Assembly: GCA_963514005.1 (NCBI GenBank) | Contig: OY740784.1 | Span: forward strand, 12,338,001 to 12,402,000 | From: Raja brachyura | Lineage: Eukaryota | Direction of reading: 5' to 3' | DNA length: 64,000 nucleotides | Shown: positions 22,150 through 33,810 of the stretch, piece after piece | How the letters are laid out: the number at the start of each line of letters is the position of its first letter | Position numbering within the stretch: the stretch's first letter is position 1 | The notes under the pieces: generated by a model | Told to the model about the DNA's origin: nothing | The model's database searches: none | The model's input: only the letters and a program-made list of their open reading frames with translations | Made by a program: the position numbers and the translations under genes

Positions 22150-24420
22150 ATGAGGGCATTAGAAATAGAATACACGGACCTCCACAAAGACGCTATAAAA
22201 TAAGGTATTCTCAGCAAATTTGGAGACTCCGGAATAAAAATGGAAATAGTAAGGTGAATATAAATAGTTTGGGAAAAATGAATACAAGCTGGGGTGAAGT
22301 TAATTTTCAATCCAAGGATGTAGTATTTCTCCAGAGATTGGATCTAGATTCATTGCTGCTCCTTGAATATTATATATGGGTTCCTGGGCTTCATAAAAAT
22401 ATAGAATAGAAAAGCGAAAAGTCAGTGACAAACCTTCATAAAATACTGGTTCAACTACAACATGAACACTACATTCAATTCAGATCATGGCGCTTTAGAA
22501 AGGATATGAAGGCCCTGGAGAGAGTGAAGATTTACCATTACAGCTCTTGGTATGCTGACTTTTTATTAGAAGGAAAGATTAACTTATTTGCAGAGTGGAG
22601 AAGTTCAGATGAGATATAACAGACATTTTCAAAATAATGAGAGGCCCCTTCAGAATATACTGTAGGGTGAACATATAAAGAGAATTGTTTCCACTGGTGG
22701 TTGAGTCGAGAACAAGCGAATAGATTTAAGGTGATTTACAAAAGAATCAAAGATAACAGGCGCAACAGTGCGACAGTTCCAGTGACCCAATTGTAACCCT
22801 GACCTCCAATACTGTCTGCGTGTAGTCTGTACGTGTTTCCTATGACCACGTAAGTTTCCTGATGCTCCGGTTTCCTCAGACCTCCCAATGCTGTCTGCAG
22901 CTTAGAATATTCATCGGTCAATGCAAGTTAACGTTGTAAGTTAACCCAGAGTAAAAGGACCCTGAGGGGGGGGGGGGTTATATACAGGCCTCCGAACCAT
23001 AGGCAGAATGTAGGATATAAATTATAGATTATTTTCTAAGGCGTAGACTATTTTTGAAATGGGCAGTGGATTCAGAAATCGGTGCAATGAGACTTGGAAG
23101 TGTTGGTGCTGGATTCCCATAAGGTTAATTTGTAAGTTGAACCAGTAGTAAGGCAAATACAATGTTTGCATTCATTTCGAGAGGACAGGGATATAAAAGC
23201 AGAGATGTAATGCTGAGGCTTTATAAGGTATTGGTCAGATCGCATTTGGAGTAATGTAAGCAGCTTTGGGCCCCATGTCTGAGGAGGCATGTGATTGCTT
23301 TGGAGAGGAGGTTTAAGATAATGACCATAGGGCTATGATACGATGCGATAGAACTTCATTTATCCCAGGAGGGAAATTGATCTGCCAACAGAGTACACAA
23401 AAAAAAACAGAATACACAAAACACATGAAATTAAAGTGACGAGTGGAACGGCTTGGTGATGTGCAAAGATTGGGGGGGGGGGGGGGGGGGGGGGGGGCAA
23501 CAAGTGGAGTCAGTCTCAGTCTGCCCCACGACTGAAGGGGGAGGAGTTGTACAGTTTGATAACCACAGGGAAGGAGGATTTCCTGTGGCGTTCTGTGCTG
23601 CATCTTGGTGGAACCAGTCTGTTGCTGAAGGCACTCCTCAGGTTGACCAGTGTCATGGACGTGGTGCTCATTATAACCATATAACAATTACAGCACGGAA
23701 ACAGGCCATCTCGGCCCTTCAAGTCCGTGCTGAACAACTTTTTTTCCCTTAGTCCCACCTGCTTGCACTCATACCATAACCCTCCATACTCATCCATATG
23801 CCTATCCAATTTATTTTTAAATGATACTAACGAACCTGCCGCCACCACTTCCACTGGAAGCTCATTCCACACCGCTACCACTCTCTGAGTAAAGAAGTTC
23901 CCCCTCATGTTACCCCTAAACTTCTGTCCCTTAATTCTAAAGTCATGTCCTCTTGTTTGAATCTTCCCTATTCTCAAAGGGAAAAGCTTGTCCACATCAA
24001 CTCTGTCTATCCCTCTCATCATTTTAAAGGCCTCTATCAAGTCCCCCCCTTAACCTTCTGCGCTCCAGAGAATAAAGACCTAACTTATTCAACCTATCTC
24101 TGTAACTTAGCTGTTGAAACCCAGGCAACATTCTATTAAATCTCCTCTGTACCCTCTCTATGAACCTCTCTCATTGAAACGTATCAAATAATGAAAGGCC
24201 TGGATAAAGTGGATGTGGAGAGTGGAGTAGTCTAGGACCAGAGGGCATAGCATCAAAATAAAAGGATGTACCTTTAGAGGAGGAATCTCTTTAAACAGAG
24301 CTGGTATAAACAGTAGTTTTAAAGTGGAGATTGACAGGTTCTTGATTAGACAGGGTGTCAAAGGTTACTGGAAATGACAGGAAAATGGGGCTGAGAGGGA
24401 AAGACAGATCAGCCATGATT
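22150..24420. mobile_element. Cluster of LINE/SINE fragments: CR1 (+) 22150-22740, SINE 22760-22900, CR1 (+) 22990-23310, Rex1-like (-) 23340-23665, CR1 (-) 23673-24157, CR1 (+) 24160-24420
   Basis: CR1 ORF2 motifs in ORFs 22425..22619 and 23516..24040, and the Rex1-type SFFPVVIKLYN-like end in the same minus ORF. Confidence 0.75.
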
Positions 24421-24504
24421 TCACATTTTCATTATTCCTTCTAAACTCCAGCAAGTACAGGCATCAAATACAGCCGTTAAACGTTCATCAGACGTTAAAA
24501 CCAA

Positions 24505-24728
24505 TCATCAAGTACCTGGACAGTAAATTGGACTGGTCCAGGAATGCTGAGGCCCTGTACAAGAAGGGACAGGGCCAGCTGAGCTATTTGAGAAGCTCTG
24601 CTCCTTCAACATCTGAAGTGAGATGCTGCAGATGTTCTACCAATCGATGGTAGCCAGTGCCATATTCTTCGCTGCCGTGTGCTGGAGCAGCAGGGCGAAA
24701 GCTGCGGATGCCAATAGGATCAACAAAG
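24505..24728 (+). mobile_element. Rex1-like LINE internal fragment
   Basis: KLDWSRNAEALYKKGQ and MLQMFYQSMVASAIFFAAVCW motifs. Confidence 0.7.
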
Positions 24729-25755
24729 ACTCTATCCCCAACCAATTCCTCCGTCTACACCGCATCTGCGCCCAAAATGAGTTGTTCCATACCAGGACAT
24801 TCGAGATGTCCTCGTTCTTTAGGGTACAGGGATTCCCCTCTCCCAGTATAGATGAGAACCTCACTCGTGTCTCCTCGGTACCCTGCAGCTCCGCCCTTGC
24901 TCCCCATCCCCCTTGTCGCAACAGAGACAGAGTCCCCCTAACCCTTACCTTCCACTCCATCAGCCGTCACATAATCCTCTGAAATTTCCACCATCTCCAA
25001 TGGGATCCCACCATCTCCACCCCTTTCCCTCCTCAACCTAGTAAAATCATCCCTTCCCATCCAAACCACCCCCTCCCCAGCTGCCTTCCCCTGCAACCGC
25101 AGAAGATGCAACACCTGTCCCTATACCTCCTCCCTCGACTGTCCAGGGATCCGACAGCCCTTTCAGGTTAGGCAGAGGTTCACTTGCACCTCTTCCAACC
25201 TCATTTACTGTATTCGTTGTTCAAGATGTGGACACTTATACGTCGGCGAGACCAAACGCAGACTGGGCAATCTGCTGTTTCGCTGAACACCTTCGCTCAG
25301 TCCGCCTGAACCTACCCGATCTCCCGGTTGCAAAACACTTTAATTCTCCTTCCCATTCCCACACAGACCTTTCTGTCCTCAGTCTCCTCCATTGTCAGAG
25401 CGAGGCTAAACGCAAATTGGAGGGACAGCAGCTCATATTTCGCTTGGGCAGTGGTATGAATATTGTTTTCTCTCACTTCAGGTAGCTCTGGCATTTCATC
25501 TCTCTCTATCCCTCCGCCACCCAAGTCACACTAGATTCTCTTTTTCATCCAACAAACAGCTTACTATGGCCTGTTTCCTTAATCATCGTTACTTTTTTGC
25601 ATATCTTTCGTTCATCGTTCTTTATCTCTCCATATCAACGTCTATACCTCTCATTTCCCTTATCACAAACCAGTCTGAAGAAGGGTCTCGACCCGAAACA
25701 TCACCTATTCCTTCTAACCAGAGATTAGTAACTGCAGTGTTTTGTGTCTATCTTC
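24729..25755 (+). mobile_element. Penelope-like retroelement 3' part: RT thumb remnant, GIY-YIG endonuclease, terminal repeat
   Basis: SIPNQFLRLHRIC, C-x-C motifs, NLIYCIRCSRCGHLYVGETKRRLG (GIY-YIG), FAEHLRS, PVAKHFN and a hammerhead-like core at 25675-25702. Frameshifted. Confidence 0.88.
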
Positions 25756-26204
25756 AGCCATGATTGAATGGCGCAGCAGACTCAATGAGCTGAAAGGCCT
25801 AATTTTGCTCCTATTGATGAACGAAAGATATGCAAAAAAGTAACGATGATTAAGGAAACAGGCCATAGTAAGCTGTTTGTTGGATGAACCTTAACGTGTA
25901 GGAGAGCGGCAGAATCAGGGTGGAGGGGGAGGGGGAGTTGACGGGAATATGGAGAAAAATAATGTGATATTAGTGCAAGTGGATTATGATGATCAGCATG
26001 GACTTGAAGATCCCGTTCTCAAATTATATGACTCCAGGTACATTTTATGCAGTAGATGATTATTATCAGGGATAATATGGTGGCTGTTAAGGAGGATTGG
26101 AGAGCCAAGGAGAAAGTATTGGATTGAGCAAGCAGTTTCACTGCACTTACAGAGACAAGCTATAGACACAAAGAATTCAAAAACCATCTTCTGAACTATT
26201 TAAT

Positions 26205-26527
26205 TTAGTTTAGTTTAGTTTAGTTTAGAGATACAGATCAGAAACAGGCAGAATCAGGCCCTTTGGCCCACCGAGTCAGCACCAACCAGAGGTCTCCTCA
26301 CATTAACACTATCCGCAACCAGGACAATTTACATTTATACCAAGCCAATTAACCTACAAATCTTTACGTCTTTGGAGTGTGGGAGGAAACGAAAGATCTC
26401 AGAGAAAACCCACGCAGGTCATGGGGAGAACGCACAAACTCCATAGAGACACGAACCAGTAGCCAGGATCGAACCGGGATCGAATCCTAAGGCAGTAGCT
26501 CTACCACTATGTTACCATGCCGCCCAT
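26205..26527 (-). mobile_element. tRNA-derived SINE
   Basis: (TTTAG)n tail at the left. Reverse complement of the 8337-8632 family, including box B. Confidence 0.8.
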
Positions 26528-27649
26528 TCTATGAATATGGCCACACGAAATGATAGACTGGGAGCCAAAAGCAAAGGGGAGATACTAAAATGACAGCTTT
26601 GTACTTTTTTTGAATACCCGTTTTCAAACAGAGCCTTTACCAAAATTATTGACATTAGTACAAAATACAAAAGTAGGAGAAATAGAAAAAAAAAAACAAT
26701 TACTGTAGAGAACTCCAGAAAAGAGTTAATGGCTTCATATTATGTTATGCATGTTGATACAATTATAACTTAGTTAAACTTATTTTGTTAATGAATGGCT
26801 GATCACAATGGCACCTTTAACCTATTAATTGGTTTGATTATTCACTCCCTGTAATACTGCCGAAATCAAGTCATTAAAACTTAAAGTTGGTGCCATATTT
26901 ATACTGAAACATCTCAATGGTGCCACACTGTTCATCTTTACGTATTTAGCTCCAGATTAAAGCTGACAAGAAGCGTTGATTGATCCAGACTTACTTTAAT
27001 CCAGGCCTTTGAACTAAGGAATATACAGAATTGAACTGAACCACTATTAGCAATGTAGCAAAATCAATATTAAATAAGCATAGACTTAAAAAACATACTG
27101 GAGTACATCATTATTGCAAGTTTTCAATCTTCTGTAATATTTGCACCATGCACTTATTCCAAATGTAACTTGATATAATTTCCTAATTGGGCCAAAGGAA
27201 AGTTGTGGTGAATGTAAGGAGCACATTGGAGCAGCCTCTTAGATGCAGATGTAGAGATTTCTTTTTGCAATTAAACTGTGGCTATAAAATACAACACAGA
27301 CTCTGGAACCACATTCTGCTTACTTACTTGAATATTTTGTGCGGACAGCCAATGATATTCACATTGTTCACAGGCGTTTCAGTTTGACAAGGGTCCAAAC
27401 ATTGTAAAAGGCTAGTATCCATCAAGGCTAGCATGTACCGCACAACTTAAGTCAGGCTAAACCTTTAAAGTGATGTGCATCATGGCTGGTATAGGTGCTG
27501 GCTATGATGTTGGAAATTAATCTGAAATGGGAAACTATGACGAAGGGCAGAGTCCCAGCTTCACAGTGTCCTCTGTTGCTGTTTGAACTCTTCCAGCTAT
27601 TTCTGTTGTGTTTTTAGACATGGCAACGCAGTTTCTCTTTCATTTGTCA

Positions 27650-28960
27650 TCTATCTATATTACTAAAAGTCTGATCTTGATCACTTCCTGTTGTTCTGTA
27701 TATTGATTTTAGAAAAAACGCTGCCATTTATGGCTGTGATTTTTTGCCATCTTACTCAGAGTACCCCATCCGCTGCGCAGGACAAGATGATTTTTCCCAT
27801 CGATGAAAAATAAGAGTTATTAGTGTTTTAAAAAAATGTTGCGATTCTCTCTTCTGAAGGCCACGACCTTTCCAGAGGGACTATAAAACCCAGAAATGTT
27901 GAGTGCCGCAGTCAGTCTCTGCAAGATGGGGGAGCGAGAGGGTCACGTCTCTCAGTCTGAGCTGTGAATAACACTTAACACATGTCTACTAAACTGTGGG
28001 TGGTTTTACTGACCTGTCAGTGCCCTTAATATGGTTTGAAAATATAGTTTGTTAATGCTAAAGCTGTGTGGCCTTTGGTTTGGAAATGCTAAAGCTGTGT
28101 TGCCTTTGGTTTGGAAATGCTAAAGCTGTGCTATCTTTGGTTTGGAAATGCTAAAGCTGTGTTGCCTAATTAAAGTTGCCTTGCCTAATTAAAGTTGCCT
28201 TGCCTTCTATATAATTAAAAGTCTAATCTTGACCACTTCCTGTTTGCGCTTTATATTGATTTTAGAAAGAACGCTACCACATACGGCTGTGATGTTTGGC
28301 CATCTTACTCATAGTCCCCCTCTGCTCATCAGGTGCTGAGGATCTTTCCCATCAATGAAAAATAAAAGAGTTATTAGTGTTTTAAAAATGTTGAGATTCT
28401 CTCTCCTGTCAATCACACCGTGAAGGTCACTCCCCTTCTGGTGGAGGGTGGGGGATGGAGGGACAATAAACCCAGAAGTGTGGGCGTGGCTCAGTCTCCG
28501 CAAGATGGAGGAGGGAGAGGTCACGACTCGCTGTCTTTAGTGGCCTTGCACCCTGCTTGAAATGCTATGAAACTGCTCTTGAATTTGGTGGCCTTGCACC
28601 CTGCTTGGAGTGGTAAGAAACTGCACTTGAATTTGGTGGCCTTGCACCCCGCTTGAAATGGAATTTCAAAGAATAGCCGCGAGTCAACTGCTAGCCCACC
28701 AGCCATGAGTGAGTGACGGAGCTGCCAGCACCACAGACTGAGCCGCCAGCCCAATAATCCATTCGGCCCACAATGTCCATACTAGCCTTCTCGAAATCAG
28801 TCCCTTCAGCCACAACACCCATACTAGCGCTCCAGAAAGCCCCCCCCCCCCCCCCCCCCACTGGCCACCAATATTGGAATTGGTGGAGAGGTGGAATATT
28901 GGGTTGGGGGACCAGCCCTCCCATGTGATGCTGGGACCCAACGGGTCCCACTTAGTCTAG
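27650..28960 (+). mobile_element. Non-autonomous Helitron with two tandem 5' modules and internal minisatellites
   Basis: Starts A|TC, ends with hairpin TGGGACCC-AAC-GGGTCCCA (28932-28950) then CTAG|T, with no TSD. The 5' module is repeated from about 28206. Confidence 0.82.
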
Positions 28961-29518
28961 TATGCCATAAAGCTTTACAGGAAAATATTTCTAAGTGGAA
29001 GCCATATGTAATAGGAGAGATATCATATCCAGAGACATTTACAAGGCCCTCCAGATATCACATCCAGAGACATTTACAAGGTCCACATGCACAGATAAAT
29101 CTCAGGTGCACTTTGTCTTGGACATGCCACCGAGAACAAAGGGGGACCCGGCATGGGTGGGTGGGGGGGGGGGGGGGGGGGGGGAGCCACCGAGAACAAG
29201 GAGGACCTGGCGTGAAGGGGGCGCTGAGTACAAAGGGGGAACTGGGGGGGGGAGAGGAAGGAAGAGGGACTACATTGAATACTTTGTCAGTGCCCTTTAC
29301 ATGGCAACTCTGCATATGTGCTGTATGCAAACAAAGAATCTCACTGCACCAAGTACACGTGACAATAAAGTATCAATCTATCAGTTGGTCTTGCATATAG
29401 GTGTGAGGGCTTCAAGCTCTGGGCCATGGATACTGTTCTGAAGGCAGGTCAATGACCTCACATTGATAGCAGCCTAGAAAGCTACCTTCAAAATATCCAA
29501 ATTCAGAAAACACCACCA

Positions 29519-30167
29519 GGGGGCGCCGCACGATGACTGCCTCGCTAACGGTCTGTCTTCATCTTTTTCCTCCTTTATGTTTTTAGTTTGTTGTAAAATA
29601 ATGTTTTAGTCTATCTTTAGTTTTGTATTATGTGGGTGGTAGGGGAAACTTGTCTTATCTCTTTCCTTCGACGGAGATGCGACTTTATCCCTCCGGTCTG
29701 CGGCCTAACATCGGGGGGTTGGCGGCCTCTTGCTGGGACTTCTAGAGCTCCAAAACCGCGTAGGCTGCGGACTTTAACATCTCAGAGCGGGCGATCCCTT
29801 TGCCAGGGGTCGGCCTTTGGTATTCCAACCTGCGGGAACTGCAGACTTTCACATTCAGTTAGCGACCGACTCCGGGAACTCCAAACCGCAGGAGTTCGAC
29901 CACCCCAATGTGGGAGCTTAGAACGCCCCCGACGTGGGAGCTTGATCGCCGGCTGCGGATGGTTTGACTCGCCCGACCGCGGGAGGAAAGGAGGAAAGAA
30001 GATAAGACTTCATTGCCTTCCATCACAGCGGGGAATGTGGAGGAGCCACTGTGGTGGATGTTTAAGTCAAATGTTATGTAGTTGTGTGTCTTGTTGCTTT
30101 TTTGATATGGCAAACCTAATTCCTCGTATGTTGCAAAACATACTTGGCTAATAAATTCAGATTATGA
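29519..30167 (+). mobile_element. Non-autonomous SINE-like retroelement with Rex1-type 3' tail
   Basis: G-rich start, CpG-rich body, tail 'aattcctcgtatgttgcaaaacatacttggctaataaa'. Flanks ACCACCAG/ACCATCAG look like a TSD. Confidence 0.6.
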
Positions 30168-30384
30168 TATACCATCAGCTTCACACTGCCAAATCTTGGC
30201 CCACCCACCTACAGTATACATCAAACATTCATACCCCCCCCCCCCCCCCCCCCCCCCCCCCAACCATCATACAATGAGTACCACTTGCTCTAGCGCTACG
30301 TCTCCAAGCACAGCAGGCACATTACACAGATCCTAGCATACCACAAGCATTTTGTCATCTCTTACCAGATGAGATGGCACAAAA

Positions 30385-30985
30385 CCATATAACATATAAC
30401 CATATAACAATTACAGCACGGAAACAGGCCCTCTCGGCCCTTCCAGTCCGTGCCGACCATTTATTTTCCCCTAGTCCCATCTACCTGCACTCAGACCATA
30501 CCCCTCCATTCCCTTCCCGTCCATATACCTATCCACTTTACTTTTAAATGTTAAAATCGATCAGCCTCCACCACTTCTGCTGGAAGCTCATTCCACACAG
30601 CCACCACTCTCTGAGTAAAGAGGTTCCCCCTCATGTTACCCCTAAACTTCTGTCCCTTAATTCTCATGACATGCCCTCTTGTTTGAATCTTCCCTTCCCT
30701 CAATGGGAAAAGCTTATCCGCGTCAACTCTGTCTATCCCTTTCATAATTTTAAAGACCTCAATCAAGTCCCCCTTAACCTTCTGTGCTCCAAAGAATAAA
30801 GACCTAACTTGTTCAACCTTTCTCTGTAACTTAGTTGCTGGAACCCAGGCAACATTCTAGTAAATCTCCTCTGTACTCTCTCTATTTTGTTGACATCCTT
30901 CCTATAATTAAGCGACCAAAATTGCACACCATACTCCAGAATTGGTCTTACCAATGCCTTGTACAGTTTTAACATTAACAATTTA
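30385..30985 (-). mobile_element. CR1 LINE 3' fragment
   Basis: ORFs 30763..30981 and 30551..30766 (LVRPILEYGVQFWS, TQRVVAVWNELP). Same subfamily as 23673-24157. Confidence 0.88.
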
Positions 30986-31185
30986 ACATATCCGGATGCC
31001 GATCTACAGACCTGCGTGCGCGAGAGTTAAAAGGACAATTGGTGACCCTATCGGGGACACTATCTGGGCTGAATCAATTGTTGGTAGCATCCTTGTTCCT
31101 AATCCGCCTTCATACTACAAATTCTCTCACCCCACAACTTTCTCAAACTTACAAGCTGCAAATGAAGAAAGCATCTACCTTTTAT

Positions 31186-31565
31186 GTGTAGGAAGGAACT
31201 GCACACTGAAGAAGGGTTCCAACCCGAAACATCACCTATTCCTTTTCTGCAGAGATGCTGCTTCACCCGCTGAGTTACTGCAGCGTTTTGCGTCTATCTT
31301 CAGCATCTACCTTTAATCTCGACTGTTTAACCCCTAAGCCACATACTTTTCACATACTGATCTGTATCACTGCCTGGATTTAAAGAGTGATGATGACCCC
31401 CAAGGGCATGCATCTTGAGCTGCTCATTACTCTTTTTGGGTCGAGACCCTTCTTCAGACTTCACCAGTCTAAAGAAGGGTCTTGAACCGAAACGTCACCT
31501 ATTCCTTTTCTCCAGAGATGCTGCCTGACCTGCTGAGTGACTCCAGCGTTTTGTGTCTATCTTAG
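31186..31565. mobile_element. Two fold-back Penelope terminal-repeat fragments (31186-31290 and 31437-31565)
   Basis: Each has a short minus piece abutting a plus copy. Cores are CTGAAGAAGGGTTCCAACCCGAAACATC and CTAAAGAAGGGTCTTGAACCGAAACGTC. Confidence 0.7.
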
Positions 31566-31646
31566 GAACTCATCAATGATCTACAATATACCTACTTGAA
31601 AAGATCAGTTATGAAATAATATGGCTGCATTGGAAATTCTCTAGGC

Positions 31647-31882
31647 CAAGGGTTCCCAACCTGGGGTAAATGTACACCCGGGGTGTGAATTTCGCCTACC
31701 CAGGGGGTAAACATTTGTTGATCCTGGATTTGTAGATATTTTTTCTCATTGACTGACTGTGTTTGGTTCTGGTATACCCGTATCTGTTCATCATTAGATG
31801 TTCATAAATAAGTGAAATAACATTGTTATGTGCTATTAAAGTTGCCAGGGGTAAACGGGACAAAAAAGGTTGGGAACCCCTG
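31647..31882. mobile_element. hAT (Charlie-like) MITE
   Basis: TIRs CAAGGGTTCCCAACC and GGTTGGGAACCCCTG. 8-bp TSD CTCTAGGC/ATCTAGGC. Confidence 0.85.
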
Positions 31883-32228
31883 ATCTAGGCTATGTATCAA
31901 AAAATGAAATGTGCATTTAGACAAGGTTTTACAGAAGTGGTACGCTTTGAAATATTTGGAAGGCTCACTAATTTCTGGACTTACGCAGATCAAAAAGGGT
32001 TCAAGACATGAAGAGATGGAGATTATGGTGAGCTGAAATATTTCAGAAATTTGGTTTCTGTGCTTCAAGCTTCAGGGAGGCGGACAAAGACTTGATAGTT
32101 CTAGGTCAAAAGTAAATGTTGATCAAGGGACTGCTGAAAAAAAGTGAGTTCCTTCAAAAGTTTTAAAGAATATGGTTTCTCTCTGAAACAAATCTACAAT
32201 GCTGATGAAACAGCCATGTAGTATCAAT

Positions 32229-32815
32229 GTGTAGGATGGAACTGCAGATGCTGGTTTCAACCAAAGATAGACACAAAAAACTGGAGTAGCTCAGCGGGTC
32301 AGCCAACATCTCTGGAGAAAAGTACTAGGTGACATTTTGGGACGAGACACTTCTTGGTTACTTGGTCCTCCAAAATGTTCCAACTGGAATTTAAACTGGA
32401 TTTGGTGAAGGGAGGGGTTAAGCCAGAGAGGGTTATTGGGAAGAAAGTGCCACTTTAAATTTAGTTGCATCTGGCTGGGCAACCGTGGTTTGGTGGAGAT
32501 TATTCCATGCTTTAATAGTGAACAAATTGCTGTACACATCCGTCTTTGAGGCTGGGACCACAAATTGGATCGAATGCCCTCGTCTGCTCCTAATTGGTTT
32601 GGGGTTGGTGTAGGTCTTGTGATCTACGTCTAGCTGACCATTTAACATTTTGTAAAAACAGGTCAAACGGTGAGCTTTACATCTGTCTTGGAGAGGGTTC
32701 CACCCCAGAGAATTCAGAAGTCTAAAGTACCATCTTGACCCGAAATGTCAAGAAGGTAATTTTTTTCCCACAGATGGTGTCTGACCCGCTGAGTTTCTCC
32801 AGTTTTGTGTGTCCA
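32229..32815. mobile_element. Fold-back Penelope repeat pair interrupted by a minus-strand LINE 3' fragment (about 32360-32725)
   Basis: Minus arm at 32229-32355 and plus arm at 32735-32815. The insert encodes LLNSLGWNPLQDRCKAHRLTCFYKMLNG...RGHSIQF...AWNNL. Confidence 0.7.
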
Positions 32816-33214
32816 TCATGTGGTACCATTGTCTTCCAAAATTAACATTAGCATGTGCAAAGAAAGCAGCACCTAACTTTAATCAAGATTTGTCTTAGTG
32901 TCAATGCAGCATATAACATTGTCAGTGGTTGTTGGCAAATACAATGAGTCAAGAGCTTTCAAGAATCCATCCACATGTAGAATATAAAAAAAACTTAATG
33001 ATTGGGTGGAGGGAGGAATCTTTTTACATTGGTTCCACCATGTTTTAATGCCAGCAATAAAGGCACACTTCAGATAAACAGGAAACCCAGAAGATACAAA
33101 CGTAATTCTTATTCTTGATAACTACAGAGTCCATCTTTCAGAGTTTGAGTTAGTGTCTGGTAATATTTTCCCAGTTTTCCTGTTCTGCCAGTCAAACATT
33201 TCTTGTACCTCATT

Positions 33215-33810
33215 AATAGACAATAGGTGCAGGAGTAGGCCATTTGGCCCTTTGAGCCAGCAATGAGCTTATTCAATGTGATCATGGCTGATCATCCACA
33301 ATCAGTACCCCGTTCCTGCCTTCTCCCCATATCCCTTGACTCCGCTATCTTTAAGAGTTCTATCTAACTCTCTCTTGAAAGCATCCAGAGAACCGGCCTC
33401 CACCACCCTCTGAGGCAGAGAATTCCACAGACTCACAACTCACTGTGTAAAAAAGTATTTCTTCATCTCTGTTCTACATGGCTTACCCCTTATTCTTAAA
33501 CTGTGGCCCCTGGTTCTGGACTCCCCCATCATCAGGAACATGTTTCCTGCCTCTAGCGTGTCCAAACCCTTAATAATTTTATATGTTTCAATAAGATGCC
33601 CTCTCATCCTTCTAAATTCCACAGTATACAAGCCCAGCTGTTCCATTCTACCAACATATGACAGTCCCGCCATCCCGGGAATTAACCTTGTGAACCTTTC
33701 CCTGTGCTCCCTCAATCGCAAGAAAGTCCTTCCTCAAATATGGAGACCAAAACTGCACACAATATTCCAGGTGTGGTCTCACTAGGGCCCTGCACAACTG
33801 CAGAAGAATC
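33215..33810 (-). mobile_element. CR1 LINE 3' fragment
   Basis: ORF 33440..33721 (RFTRLIPGMAGLSY, RRMRGHLIETYKI). Further CR1 pieces lie at about 34670-34970 (+) and 36085-36210 (-). Confidence 0.88.

Noticed and set aside
28053-28660. CRISPR-like array
   Set aside because: The repeats are directly tandem without unique spacers, in eukaryotic Helitron context, with no cas genes.
29021-29082. Short tandem duplication of ATCA(T/C)ATCCAGAGACATTTACAAGG
   Set aside because: Ordinary local slippage duplication with no further structure.
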